In this document: positions 1 through 14,434 of the stretch, one piece after another
How the letters are laid out: the number at the start of each line of letters is the position of its first letter
Numbering within the stretch: position 1 is the first letter of the stretch
Made by a program: the position numbers and the translations under genes
DNA from: Sphaerodactylus townsendi
Lineage: Eukaryota
Direction of reading: 5' to 3'
Assembly: GCF_021028975.2 (NCBI RefSeq)
Contig: NC_059431.1
Location: 80,414,001-80,478,000, forward strand
Length of the DNA: 64,000 nucleotides
Notes under the pieces: generated by a model
What the model was told of the DNA's origin: nothing
What the model saw: the letters and a program-made list of their open reading frames with translations, nothing else
Databases searched by the model: none

Positions 1-1571
1 GTCTTGGAGATACAAGGCAAACCATTTCAAGGCTGAACCTGGGATCCCAGCATCAGTGAGGTGTTGACTCAAAAGACTCACTGATGCTGGGATCCGAGGT
101 ACAGCCTTTTGTGCTCTGATGTGAACTGAAAGCCTTGAAACTGATTGGAGGTGAAGAGGACAGGCTCTTCTCCTGTCCTCTCCGCCACTTTAAAACTGGG
201 AGCTGTTTTATGCTTGACTTCACCAAAGCACACAAGCAGACCCAACCCCTCATGTGATAGGCTTGGCCTTCCCCAACGAGCCTGATTTTATACCTTTGGA
301 AACAAAACAAGAACAGTGCATTATGTGCCTCCAAGTTACTTCTGACTTATGATCAGTGACCTCCAAAACATCCTCTATTATATTATTATATTCTCTTTCA
401 GGTATTGAAACTCATACAATTAACTTTTAAAGAGTTCCTTAATTTTTAAGATAGTCCTACAGAACCCAGGGTAGTCAACTAAAATAGTTAATATTTGTTT
501 TCTGGAAAAATCAAATGACTACATAAAACTAGAATCCACCAACAATACATTAGAGAAAGATGTACAAACTGACATATACTTTCAAAAATCCTAGAAGTCA
601 AGATTCTAACACAGCAGATTATAAGTGATGTATTCAAAAGTGAGAGATGAAGGCTTACAATGTAGGGGGTCAACTGCCTAGTCTGTCGAAGGATCAGCTG
701 TTGGAAATAGGTATAAATATTTTTTTGAAGCTAAGGTAGTGCAAGTTGTTGTCATCAATGCACTGCCAACAACAATGCAACTTGACAGATATTTTGAATA
801 TGAAGAAATTGAAGCTCAGCTGATTTTGCTTAAGGAAGAAATAGCATGGGGAGCATGAAGGGGTGGGACTTCCTGTTCCCCAAGTCCCACCCCTGGCCTC
901 AGTGCTTATAAAAGAAGGTATCCAAGGCCAGTCTCTTCTGGCCTGCAGTCTCTTCTGGCAGTCTCTTCTGGCCTGCCCGGAGGGGAGGTCAGAAGAGACT
1001 GCAGGCTGCCGGCTGGGAAGGAAGGGAGGGGGAGTCCAGGGCGGGGTTGAGGGCGCTTGGAGGCAGCAGGAAGTCCTGCTGTCTCGTTGTTTTTGTGTGC
1101 CTCGGATGGGGTCGAGGCATGCGAAAACGACAAGACAGCAGGATTTCCTGGTCACGTGGGGGGCCGATTTTGTGCCCCCTACATGACCAGAAGAGTGGCG
1201 CCCGGGGACAAGGGGTTTCCCTTATCCCTAGGCAGATACACCACTGTTCCTGGGATAGATTGAAAGTGCTTAAATTAAACAAAAAACAAAAAGGGGCTCT
1301 ATCAATCCCCTAGATATGGAAGCAGAACGTCTCCTGTCTGACAAGCAAAGGTGGGGAGGAGTGAAAAAGCCAAAGGAAGTAAAAACACATATCACTCTGC
1401 TCTGCTTTCCCTGCACCAGAGCCCTGGGGCAGAGCAGGATATAAATCCAACATAAATAAAGAAACAATATCATGCATTGCCTGCTCCTGGGAACTGCAGA
1501 GTTTATCTGATCTGCAGCACAGTGAATTCTGGGAGGGAAACGTGCACAATTGAGAATCCGACCTGAAGGTA

Positions 1572-2497
1572 CCGTATATACTCGCGTATAAGTCGACCCG
1601 CATGTAAGTCGAGGCACCTAATTTTACCACAAAAAACTGGGAAAACTTATTGACTCGTGTATAAGTCAAGGGTGGGAAATGCAGCAGCTGCTGGTAAATT
1701 TCAAAAATAAAAATAGATGCCAATAAAATTACATCAATTGAGGCATCAGTAGGTTAAATGTTTTTGAATATTTACTTCAAAGAAAAACAGTAAACTGGCT
1801 CTGTAAGTGGAAAAGAGGGTCAACAAGAACAATACGGTATCAACAATAACTTTAAAAGTACAAAAACCTTAGCTCAACCAGCAACCAAGCTAAAACACAA
1901 GAGTTAAAATCCTCCAAAACTGGATTCCTCATCATCATTTGTATGCCCAAATGTAACCCAACTTAGATTTTAAGAGGGATATTATCAGAAATGGAAAATC
2001 TACTATTAGCTTCCATTGTAAACAATGGGGATGGGGAGCATCCCTTTGGGGGTCCAATAACTTTGGATCCCCTGACCCAAACTTCACCTCAGAAACCTGG
2101 CTGGTATCATAAAGAGACTCTCTCCTCGATGAGACCAGCCAGGTTTTCGGCTCGAATTCAGACATTTGTTCAGAGGAGTCCAAAGGATATATGAACCCTC
2201 GAAAAAGGGTAGCCCCATCTACTAATAGCTCCCATTGAAAACAATGGGGAATGGGGGCACCTCATTTGGGGGTCCATAACTTTGGACCCCCTGAACCAAA
2301 CATTACCAAACTTGGCTGGTATCATCAGGAGTGTCTTCTGAGGGTACCCTGAAATTTCGGTGCCGCTAGCATAAAAACTGCACCCCCTGCTGGTCGTCAA
2401 AGTAAAAACACACAAAAAAATTTAATGACCCGCATATAATGCTTTTTCAGCATTAAAAATGTGCTGAAAAATTCGACTTATACATGAGTATATACGG
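1572..2497 (+). mobile_element. Non-autonomous Tc2/pogo-like DNA transposon (MITE)
   Basis: Terminal inverted repeats CCGTATATACTCGCGTATAAGTCGA ... TCGACTTATACATGAGTATATACGG flanked by TA on both sides; homologous copies at 35393 and 55081. Confidence 0.85.
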
Positions 2498-5377
2498 TAA
2501 TGTACATTTGACCCAAAGAAGACCAAAAATGTGCAGAAGGCCTCTGACTGATATTGTTAAACAATATGGCAATTTAAGAAAGCATCTTTTTAAACAGAGT
2601 TTCTGCTTAAAACAATGAAGGACTACTATTGGAATTATGTATAATCTCTCTCCTGGAAATTTCACGGTAAGCTCAACCTCTTGCAGCAGCCATTCTATGG
2701 TTGTGCCCACCATCCAGCATCAGAAATCGAAAGGTGCCCATTTGTTCAAAAAGGCTGGGAACAGCTTATTCTCCAATCAGCAGAAAATTCATGTAATTTT
2801 ATGAGAGTTTCTAGTGGAATACAAGTCGAAGCATGCGGGTGTCCAAATTTGACATTCATGGGCATGTCTTTTGTGGCATGTCTGAAAGACAGGCAACTTC
2901 TTGCAAAATTCCATTATGGACTTTTAACAAGTATGTGATAAGCTGATGACATCCAACAATGCTACTTCCACAAGGAACAAAAGAAAAATGAAGCAGTTTG
3001 CTTCTCAAGTGCTTCATAAAGTTAAGTTTGATGAAGTCACAAATTTAGATGGACAATTTCACAAGACATCACTGGAGAATGATTGTTTCAGTGAACATGA
3101 TACTTTAGGGACGTACTATCAGTTGAGTCAACCAAATGCACCTGCATCAGAATTAGCTCAATTTCTGATGCATTGTTGCATGAGTATCAGAAAGTTGAAA
3201 GTGAGCCTCAATTATCACCATTTCACTGTATAAATTGTGGAAGAGCTGTAAAAATGTCATCAAAATTTCATCATTAGTATTATACCCCTTGCTAAGAGAC
3301 TCGTGTCTAGAAAATGGACCAGTAATCATTGTTCTGGTCAGGTGGCACAGATTTGATGTTCCAGAACAACAACAGTTCCATCCTTGAACAGGGGGTAGCA
3401 AACTCAATCTATTCAATCATCAAGTTCTATGTCTCTTCTATTATTTGTATATCACCAACACAGCATACACAATCACTTATATGACATACTGTCTTCTTTT
3501 TATGAATCACATATATTTTCATTGCCCTTGCACACTTGTATTTAGGGCAACTATTTTTCTCCAAAACTGAGCATTAGAAGAAGCTGGCTGTGTTATAGAA
3601 GCAATGCAACACTTTGCACATGCAGTTACCCAAGAGTAAGCCTGAACCAGAGAGCTTGGCTAGCGAATAGCTGATACAGAACATGTGCAAATCTAGCATT
3701 TTTGCCTTTAAATTGACACACTTATTCCTTTGCTTAGTACGCACAGTACAACTGTATCAGAGTGTGAAAGGAGATAATTTAATTTAGAAACTCTTCAGAT
3801 GTCCTACAATCTACAATCAACACAGGGAAATTTGGTGTGCTGCAAATAACACAGATGGCAAAAAGTGGTTCATAATAGAATAAAATTTAAGAATCTCTGT
3901 CCTAGGATGCACAAGAAGTCACCATGAATGTAAACCCAAATGCTGAACGCAACGGCCAGATGTCAACAATCTGTTCAATAGTATGTTACTCACATTGGGC
4001 ATGCTTAGCAATATATGCAATAGGAAAAACCTTGTTTACCATTGCTAAATTGGGGGAGACTGATGACATAGTAATACAACTTAAACCTATGCAAACTGAA
4101 CAAAACCAACCATGCAAGGTCTCTGTTTAATATTTTTATACCATCATGGAGATAAGCACATCTCACCAATCACTGTTTGGTTCACTGAAGAAACTAAAAA
4201 ATGAGCTACTTTAACTCATGTGTAAGCAAGAATGGAATAGAATGCTACAGCTATATTACTTTTCAAATAAAGAGGACAACATCATAAAATCCCACCCATA
4301 AGTACTAGGTGAATTCTAGATTTACAACAACATTTTTATCAGTTTAAAATATTTATACCATGCTGTTCATAAATTAGCAATGTTCCAATTTTTTATACTG
4401 ACCGTCTTTTAGCATACTAACAGACTACAGATAGGATTTTTTTGTAGAATAAAGTAAACTGAATTGTCAGGAGTTCAACTAAAAACAATTAAATGGTGCA
4501 TATTTGTAATCAAATCCATTTTAGAAGACATCCTATATAATCCTATATAATACATCCTATATAACACAAAGAGCCTCAGCTTTTCCAATACTGAAACATG
4601 GTTATTAAAATCTCCCTTACAGAGCTTACTTTGATGTTAGTGTTAACATTAGTTAATAATGCCAATAATGGGTATTTCTATAGCAATAGTAGTTGAACTC
4701 TGATCTTACCACAACATTACTAATGAAGGTGGGAATGCATAGTTAGCTTATGTTGCATAAGTGTATTGACGCACACCAGTCATGTGCACAAACCAAAATA
4801 AACATAGATTTCAATCCCTTTTTTACCCCCTTTGGGCAGTTGCAATTTTTACCATATTTCTACCTCTTTCACATGAATATGATGAGACTTGCTTTCATGA
4901 AGCACTGTGAAGCCCAACACTGTGAATTCTTAGTCATAGAAAAAAACAAACGGTGGCATTCAATTTTATGGGCATAACATATGGCAGCTGCTGGAAACTA
5001 CAGTGTTTTTTGGGCTACATAGTCACTGTGAACTTGGCCACAACGAAATATATCATCATGTAGGGAACCAGACACACTATTGGAGTGATATTCACTCCAA
5101 AAATTGCAAAAAGTCACATTTGCAGTTCCCATCAACCACAAGAGTCACGTGACTACTGCAGACCCCTCACACCATGTCAAACACACACAAATAATATATA
5201 CCTGCATTACCTTTTTCAATTACTATACTATTTTTGACCATGAAGGATTCTCTCTCCGCTACTGTCATGACTTGAATCAGTCCTTGTGTATCTGGAGAGA
5301 AGGAAAGGATTTGCAAGAGAATTCTGATACAAAACAGCAGAAGAGTAGGTTTGCATTTAAACCCTTTCTCTCCTGTA

Positions 5378-5540
5378 AGAAGAAGAGTTGGATTTATATC
5401 CCACTTTATCTCCTGTAAGGAGACTCAAAGGGGCTTCTTACAATCTCCTTTCCCTTCCCCCCCCCAACAAACACCCTGTGAGGCAGGTGGGGCTGAGAGA
5501 GCTCAGAAGAACTGTGACTAGCCCAAGGTCACCCAGCTGG
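5378..5540 (-). mobile_element. Squam3-like (Ther-1/MIR-related) SINE, 3' part
   Basis: Reverse complement of the 3' half of the copy at 18440-18728, including the (CTT)n tail. Confidence 0.7.
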
Positions 5541-5708
5541 ACTCATATACAAAACCTCTCTACATCTCCAGAAACTTTTATATAACTATTACAAACAAGG
5601 TGTATTGTACTTAATACTGGGCCAGTAGTGATGATGAAATCATCGTAGTTTCTAAAGAAACTACCCACTTTCCAGAAACATGGGGCAGGTATCATGGGGC
5701 ATGTAGCT

Positions 5709-5854
5709 CAGGGGTAGGGAACCTGCGGCTCTCCAGATGTTCAGGAACTACAATTCCCATCAGCCTCTGTCAGCATGGCCAATTGGCCATGCTGGTAGGG
5801 GCTGATGGGAAATGTAGTTCCTGAACATCTGGAGAGCCGCAGGTTCCCTACCCG
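5709..5854. mobile_element. Palindromic hAT MITE (~146 bp)
   Basis: Near-perfect palindrome centred on TGGCCAATTGGCCA, CAGGGGTAGGGAACC terminus, perfect 8-bp TSD ATGTAGCT (5701-5708 and 5855-5862). Confidence 0.9.
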
Positions 5855-8304
5855 ATGTAGCTAAAAGCTACATGTGGATCCTGAGCCACTGTTGTTGATT
5901 TTATTAAAATATGTAGTCTGCTTTTCCTTATGTAGCAGGCAAAGGCAGTATACAATAATACGTTCAGGGGCATACATCATGATAAAACAAACCATAACTA
6001 CATCACCATCATCTCCAATGCTAACAGAAGCAAAATAAGAAAAAAGTCTCATGGAACTGCGCAGCTTTGCATCTTCATTTCTTTAAAAACTGATAGAAAA
6101 TGATCAATATTTATATCTACGCTAATCCTGCTCCAAATACTTTGCACAAGTACTGAAATACAAGATAGGCAAGATAGTCATTCAGATATGTAGGTTGGAG
6201 ATATGAAAGGTTTTAAAGATCAAACCAGTGCCTTAAATTCAGCCTGGAAAGACTGTGTTTGTGTGTGATGGTACCTGCAAGCAACCAACTTGCTACTCGT
6301 AGGGAGCAACAGGCATAGCAATATCAAGAAGCTACCAAGTAAGCAGTCATTGGAATCATTCCGAAACTATGACAAAATATGCTACCAGCACAACTGATAG
6401 TGCCCCAGTCTTTAACAGTTCTGTGCAGACTGCCACAGGTTAAACCTGTGAATAGTAAGGGAAAACTTACAATGAATTCTTACTCATAGAACTGCCATGG
6501 CAATACATTTATATATTCCCTTTTTGCACCTGTACAAGCCCAATCTGATTTTTAGTTACCTCTGCCTCATGCAGTCACCTAAATATTTGCATGATTGTGT
6601 GTTTTATTTTTACAGATTAATTTTCGGGGCATCTAGGAAAACTATCACCAGCTTACTTAACAAACACACAATTGCAGTTGGGAGAGGTAAATAAAAGATG
6701 TGTTTAAAAAGAAACACACAGACACACAGAAGAGGTGATAAATCAAGTTTAGTTCAATATCTCAGCACACTTTAAAAGTGTGAGTGCTCTCCCCAAAATG
6801 AGTGATTATTTCACATAACACCATATCCTTTCTCTCCAGAATAATTATTTTCTGCCATCATAATTTTGCCTTGATCTGGATGTCCTGGGATAGCTCAATC
6901 TTGTCAGATCTTGGAAACTGAGAAGGGTCAGTCCTGGCTAGTACTTGAACAGATGAAAAGTAAGGAAATCCAGGATTGCTATGTACAGGCAGGAAAACCA
7001 CTTCTATTAATCTCTCTCCTTAAAAACCCCCATAAGTTGACTGCTTGACACACTTTACACCACTACCACTTATGACTGCAAATTTCAGTTCTCCACCCAT
7101 ACACTGCTTTGTTTTTCAAATGGCAAACAAACTACACACAAAGCCTAAGGTCTGGTTTTGAGTTCATATTTTTTATTCTTTCAGCTTAGGCTATAGTTAT
7201 TTTGATTTGAACAGACAGTTACTTCAATCATGTGAATGCTAAAAAAATTTCAGCCTGATTTTTTATAGCAGCCAGCTACCTTCATATATTCATGGTTAGC
7301 AGTCCCATCCAGAAAGTCCCAGGTGGGTGGTGACAGTGCCACTTTGGTGCTCCCCCCCCCCCCCGGCCTTTCTCGTAGTGCCGGAAGCCAGAAAAAAACA
7401 AACACAAAATAAAGCAGTGAAAATGGGAGATAATAAAGATATGCAACACAAATTGTGGTGTTATCTTTGCCATGTCTCTGCCATCGTATGAGGTCCAGCC
7501 AGACAGTATTGGCTGACTAAGATTGGAGCCACGGCCACCCCACGCCAGTGCAGTGTTTTGCACCTGCAGGCCTGGGAAACGGTGTGGTTTTTGGGATGGG
7601 CACCATGGAACTGCGCAGCAGCTGACAAAAAAGGTAAACACCCCCGTCCACTGGGGCCTTTGCTTCTTGCACTGGCGGGATGGGAACACATGCTGGCACT
7701 GGGCTATGCTGGCTCCATAGGGGGATCCTCCCCCATTGGGCTGCCCAGTTTTCATAGTAGAATGCATTAACTCAAGGAATACTAAAGCCAAGCACCTCCC
7801 TTTTTAAGAAATTCAGCCATGTGAGCTTTCTACTGTTTTCAAATAGTGTACAGATAAAAAAGTAACACGCAGCAAACATGAAAACAAACGTTTCTGATAA
7901 ATTACATTAAGTGGAACAGCACCTCAAATGAGTTTAATAATAATAATAATAAAAGGAATACTAGGGTCATGACATTGAAGCAGGTGATGACAAGCCACTT
8001 CTGAACATGTCTTACTTTGCAAACATCACCATGAGTCATTTTAAGTCAGATGTTTTGAAAGCAAAAAAAAACCCCAAAACACCCATCACTATAGAGCTTG
8101 AATTCACAGGGACCTACCCTCTAGTTAGCATCTGTTAGGTCTGAAGTCTTAGAAATATAGGTTTTGATGTATCCAAATCAAGATGTCCATAAATATAACC
8201 TGTGGTTTTAAGTAAGGTGCAATTTGCTCCATCCTGCATAGAACATACTCATAATTTCCTTCTTGCTAGCCCAGTATTGAAAATAATGCCTTGGTTACAC
8301 CTAC

Positions 8305-8840
8305 CGAGATAGCAGCGCCAACTTTTGTTCCAACATCATCTCCAACTTTTGGGCCTGCTTAGAGAGCCAGTGATCCACACCATGCAACCGATAGCAGCTC
8401 TCCAGCATTAATCGAAAATCGGCAACGAAATCCGCGATCCCTGTATATTGCCCGACAGAAAACTTCTCTTCCATCTTCAGTAACGTCAGCGGCTGAGGTT
8501 CTTGAGGAGACGGATGCCCTCTACTTTCATGGTAGGAGGAAAAGGCGACTTCACATGGTCCGTCCTCAGGTCTTTGGCCCTCCAAGGGCTTCAGAAAAGG
8601 CGCTGTCAGTGGCCGGTGCTTTTCCAGCAAAAACTCGCTCAGGATGCGATAAGCCTGCTGCAGTTCGGGGCTCAGGCTCTGCTCCCAGCTGTGGAGGCCA
8701 CCGGCATCTTTCTCCTTTTCGTTCAGCAGGCACTCAACTAACGCGGCCGGGGCTTCGTCCGGCGGCGGCGGCTCCATACCGTTTTCTTCTCCTTCGCCGC
8801 CGTCCTCCTCCTCCTGGCCCCCGGGCTGCGCCAGATTCAT
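8305..8840 (-). CDS. KIAA2026: KIAA2026/BRD10 first coding exon (N-terminal bromodomain-like region)
   Basis: ELQQAYRILSEFLLEKHRPLTAPFL...MEEKF..GQY.GI..FVADFRLMLESCYRLHGVDHWLSKQAQKLEMMLEQKLALLSR closely matches the human KIAA2026 N-terminus as I recall it; phase-2 donor CG|GTAGGT at 8304. No downstream exons recognised in the window. Confidence 0.93.
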
Positions 8841-9720
8841 GCCCCGCCGTCTCTAGAACGACAGGTGCAGGGAACAGACCCCGCAAGAAGTCCCCTCGCC
8901 ATCTAAGGCTCTGAGCCCCCCTTGCCCTCAGCCTGCCCTGCCGACAGTTCTCTTCCTTGCTCGCCGTCAGTCCCCACTCGCTAGGACGATCGTGGCCCAG
9001 GTAGCCGCCGCTGCTGCCAGTGTACCACCGACGCCTCCTATCTAACTTCGTGTTTGGGATGCTGGAGGCCCCCGAAGCCGTTGGAATTTGCAGCTCCAAG
9101 CTCCAGGAGCGCAAAGGACACACAATCACGGATGGCTGCTTATTATGGGTGGGGGATAAAATAAAGGGCGCCTCAGGTATGGTTAACCTGAGGCGCCCCT
9201 GCCCTAAAAGACAGTAAGAAGAGGGGAACCACCGCCCCCTTAGGATTGCCTGTGCAGGACCTGCTGCTGCCCAGGTCCCTGTGTCATTCCGTCCCTCCCC
9301 GCTTCCATTACCAGGCCTCTGCTCCGTCGTCACGTCAGGACGTCTGACCCATGAAAGGCTCTATATCCCCCTCTCCTGCTGAAGGACACGGCCGAAGCCG
9401 CTGTCAGTTAATGGACGGGGGGGGGGGGGGGCGCTACTAGCCCTTAGCTGCTATCCCCTCCCCTCAGCTCAGAGACAGAGAAAGGGGAGTGGGGAAGAGA
9501 GTCCGTTGCAATTGCGCATGTGCGACAGAAGCGGCCTATGCTCGTTGTGTTTCGCTGCGCGCTTTGTTTTGGACATCAGCTGGAGGGTTCGTCATCGACG
9601 AGCGACGAAAAAAAGGGGAGGAGGGCGAGAAACAGCCGCGGGGTCACGCGCGTTGTTGCATAGCCAATGGAAGGCAGGGGAACGCACATGGGCGCGAGCG
9701 AGGGGCAATCTTTAAAAGAC
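8600..9720. promoter_or_regulatory. CpG island / promoter of KIAA2026
   Basis: High CpG density over and upstream of exon 1; NRF1-like TGCGCATGTGC near 9513, CCAAT box near 9662, CRE-like GTCACGTCA near 9329. Confidence 0.75.
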
Positions 9721-12700
9721 CAGCTGCTAATGATGATGACTGTATATCCCAGAACTGTGGGTTTGCCTTAAATCCAGTGCTAACTGATAGGAGGCTTTGT
9801 TTGGGAGCTCCGTCAATTCTAGAGAACAGATTCTACAGAATTCTAGAGAATAAAAAGCACTGCGTGGCTTTACTTGTGTGTGTGTGTGTGTGTTTTTAAG
9901 TTTTTCCTGAAAGGTCGCCTTCGGGAAAATGGGAAGTGAAGGAAGACAGAATGACGATGCTGCGCTGTACGATGTGAGATGTTTGAGAAATATCCGCCTT
10001 TGTAGAAATGTTTAATTCTGGGAAGTGCTGTTGTTTGAGCAGCAGGTGGCAGTGATGAAGCCTAGCGCTCTGATTTAAATGATCTTGACGGAAGACTGCT
10101 AATACACTTCCAGATTTATCTGTGCTAACGGTTGGAACAAATATGGTGTTCCATTGCTGTAATTACATTGCTGTAATTTTTATTTTTATTTAACTATGTG
10201 TGTTCCGACAGTGTGAACTTTATACTCCTTATACACTTATGCCAATATCCTCCATCCTAAAATATGAATTCATTACATAAATGAATTATGTCTGAAGTAT
10301 ATATTTATGTTGATTGTTAAAACAAATAACAGGGTTATATTTACCTGTAACTGTTGTTCATCAAGTTGTTTTCTGTGTTTGCACATGCTGGAACAGGTCA
10401 ACTGTTTAGAAAGATTTTTTTTTAAAAAAGTTTGGATTCTCTGGTGGAATTAGCTGTGGACAGTAACTTAAATCTATAACCTGGGTGTATGGGGATTGTC
10501 CAGGTAAGACAATTCTCAAATAAACAGGTAAAAGTTAAGGATTATATTAATACAATAATGAAAATCAAAATTGATTTTGATCAAGCATACATATGCCCAC
10601 AAATATGAGCTTACTGAGAAAAAAAGGTTAAAAGGTGGATAGAGTTTAGGATTTGGTGATATTTACCAGTCTCAAAGAGAAGGACAACTAATAGTACCGA
10701 AAAGGGAAATATCCAAGAGCAAAAGGAAGGAATCCGCATGCAAATGGGTGTGTGGGCACAGATCTAAAACACACACTATGCATGACTAAAGAACTAATAT
10801 TTATACTGCAAATTGTTTCCTGAGGCAGTTTGAGGTAAGCCAATGACAAAGAGTTGATTGCTTACCGGAGGTCTGAACAAAAATGATAAGAAATGTGGTG
10901 GGCCACCGGGATGCAAGAAAATGCTTTGAACTGTTTCCTAAATATTGATTAACGACTGATAAATACAGATCAGATGGTTGTGATGGATACAGATCAATAC
11001 CGTATAGGATAATCAAAAGTCATCTCCGAGTGCTGATTTTTTCACCTTCGGTGAACAAATGCAGATCTATTGACCTCTTTGTTCAGCTAAACGTATCTTA
11101 GACTGTGTCCCAGCTTGAGCTGCCAGGCAGAGATATCAGGTTACAGAAGGGAGTTGAGTCCAGTCCAAGCAATAGCATATCGGGGGAAACTGGTGGCCGG
11201 GGGCAGCAGCTGCTCTGGATGCCTCCCCCGCCCCACTTATTTTAGCCAGCGACTGCTCCGACGCGGGGGTCCCAGCAGCTACTTGGGCAGTGGTGGTCCT
11301 GGGCTGCCTGGCGGGGATGGGCCGAGGGGCGCCCAGAGGGCTGGAACATGTCTACCATGGGCCGCCCCTCTGCCCAGCCCTGCCAGGCTGCTCCTTCAGC
11401 CGATGGAGCCCCCCCGAGCCATTTGTTGTTGAGCCACAGCTGCATTCTGGCTCCTGCCCAAGAGCCGGTCTGTGGCTGCAGCTTACAGCTCAGGCAGGTG
11501 CCTGAGCCTCCTGCCTCCCCAGACTCCCAGCTGACAGGGAGGCTGGCTCTCGGGCAGGAGCCGGCCTGAACTGCCTGCTGCTGAGCCATGGCCGCAGGCT
11601 GGCTCCTGCCCAAGAGCAGTAAATTGGTATGGTAAAAATAAAATCTAACTCCTGATACATACATGAGGTCAGCATAAGTAAAGTCACAGGAGGTTTCATG
11701 GCTTCAGCCTGTATGTGTGTGTGTGCACGCGCATGCATGTAAGTGAGCAAGCAAGTGTTCACTCTGTTTTATTGAAGCAGGTTTTCTCCTCCCTTTACCA
11801 TTTGGTCCAGGATGTTAAACCTCAAACCAGATCTTTTTGGTTTGCAAAGGGATCTTGCAGGTTTTGAAGTAGATTACGGCTCTCCTCACACTCAACAAAA
11901 TGTTTACTCAGACAGTGTATTATAGTCATTGACCAGCTTTTGCATACAATCAGTTTTACAAAAGCAGCAAACTTCAATTTAAAACAGAATAAAACAATAC
12001 CTATGTATTCCTTTAAAGCAAAAGAGATTATAATATAAAGATAAGATGATAAAACAATACTTACTCCAGTTCAAAGTTTCAAAGTTAATTTTTATCAATC
12101 ACATAATGTAGACTATATACAGAATTTCGCAATTTGTGGGACAGCCTAAGATAAGGGCTAAGAGTTGGCAGGAATATTACTTCTAGGCAGCCCGCCAAGA
12201 ACTCAAGCAGTGAAAAACATTCCAGCTGACAAATTTCCCAGCAAGTTCTGAGCAGATAGCAAGTTTTGCTGAGCTGAAGTAACCAAGGACTAAAACTTGT
12301 AACACAAGAAAGGACTGTGAAGAAGTACGCAAAAGATGTAGCAAAAGCACTAGCTGAGGTTCCTCATCATTGCCCTCCTTTACATTATCAAAGCAGCTCT
12401 TCATAGAAACTCCTTCGAAACAACTTGGTGGGTAAGTCTGTTCCTTTATCTGCCTACATTTCCAGTATTTTAGAACAGGCAGGCAAGCAAAACAATTCAT
12501 TGCCTCAGTCACCATCAAGTGAGGGGGACAGGAAGGGCCCCACTTCCTGTTCTACAGGAGCAGAGTGGGGGAACTGCGCCCGGGGCATGCACACGCCCTT
12601 CGCCCCTGCCATGGAATGCCCACCTTGGCCTGGAATACCCCCTCCATGTCCCCTCCATGACCCTGTACAGACGCGCACCCGGGGCGCTATGCCACTGCTG

Positions 12701-14434
12701 TTCTGTGACTGTTTTAACAGCTGTTTTAAGAGGGGTCATCTTTTCCTGCAGCTCCACTGTTGTCAGCTGAGAGTGGAGCACAATGCCACCATCCGGCTGC
12801 TAATTAAAACAGCCATCTAAATCCCAGGTTCAGCTGAGCTTGGCTGGGCCATAACAGGCAGTCAGATGACCATTATTCTATTCTGGAAGAGCTGCTGCTT
12901 TTTGAGCCCATCATTTCATCCCAAAAATCAAGCTGTGGATCTATAGGTTCTAACTTCAAATATGAAGGGGTAGCCTTGAGGGCAAAGGCACTTGATGATT
13001 CCCCACAATCGCAAGTCTGGGAATCTCTCACCTGACTGGATTTGGAGAAACATGCTTAGAGAACTGTCAGTAGTAATATTTATTTACGGTCTTTGACCAA
13101 AGTATTTACAATACAATTTAAAATAAACCAGCTTAGAACCTTCTTAACTAATATAAGGTACAATTAAAATAATACTCCTGCATATTTCAACAGCCAAGAT
13201 GACCAAAAGTTATAATGGTGTTTCTCAGTAACTATTTAAAAAGTCACTTCACCCTATTTTTCATTGTTCTTAAAAATTCTTAAATTTACACAAGTAACCA
13301 CAAAATCTTTCAACATGATGTAATATTAGGGTCTGTTCCCTGGAGTAATCTTCTTAATATATATTTGTTATTATTACCACCAAATCTCTTTAATATCGGA
13401 CCCAACATATCTTTACGAGGCTCTTTCAGCAAAGGGCACCTGAAAAACATATGTTCCATCGTATTTATCTCTTTTAATGGACAATCACACAGCCTTTTTT
13501 CAAAGGGAATTTTCCTGTATCTTCACTCCAAAACCCTAGAGGGGAGTGAGTCACTTCTAGCTAAAGTGAATGATCTTCTCTTATTACTTCCTTCTAGAAA
13601 ATATATATATAGGGTGCTGGATCATTTTTGTTTTTTAGGTGATCTGGAGAGGGATACTCTGAAAAAGCCGCTAAATCAGACTGATGCTCAATATCAAAAA
13701 TTCTTTGCTTGATAAATGATTTCGCCTGTGCATATCCCAGCTCTAGAATAGCCGGGGGGGGGGGGGGGGGGGATATACCCATCTTGTACAGAGAACTAAT
13801 GACTGATTTAAGCCACCTAGATTGCAAATTATCCCGCAGTATTAAAGGGAAAAGACCTTGGGGATTGAAATGGCCTGATGTAACGAACTTGCCCCACCCT
13901 GAAGGGCTGGCGTACAACAGGCCTAATTGAGAAGGCCTTGGCAACAGCCAGAGTAAGAGAAAAAGGCTCCACAAGCAGAGAACCAACCTGATTGGTTGGG
14001 AAAGGACCAATAACATTTGGCCAAAGCTAGGGGGAGCTAGTGTGCTTACAACACTTAGAGGGAGTGCTGATCGGAGTCTGTCAGAGAGAAGTCCAGACTG
14101 AAGATCAGTCAGAGCAGAGCAGAGTCTGGCAGAGAGGAGTCTGTCAGCTCTGGAAGAAAAGGATTCTGTCTCAGCAGTGTTGGCTGACAGAAGTCCAGTC
14201 CCTGTCTAAGTGGTGTATGCTTGACAGAGAGAGGAGGCCCTGACTGGGTGCAGATTGAAGTGCCCTTCAGGAGCTTGGCGGTTTTTAAACTGACCAGACC
14301 TATCTAGTCTGCCTTGCCCTTGTGTGTATCACCAGAATCACCAGTCTGGGAGAAGCCAGTCCAGAGGCAATGAAGCCATATTAGGACTAGTGGGAGAGAG
14401 GGAGGCCAAGTGTGCCAGAATCTCCTGGGTTTGG

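Noticed and set aside
8734-9899. 199 aa and 136 aa ORFs near KIAA2026 exon 1
   Set aside because: CpG-island ORFs with non-ATG starts and no recognisable domain.
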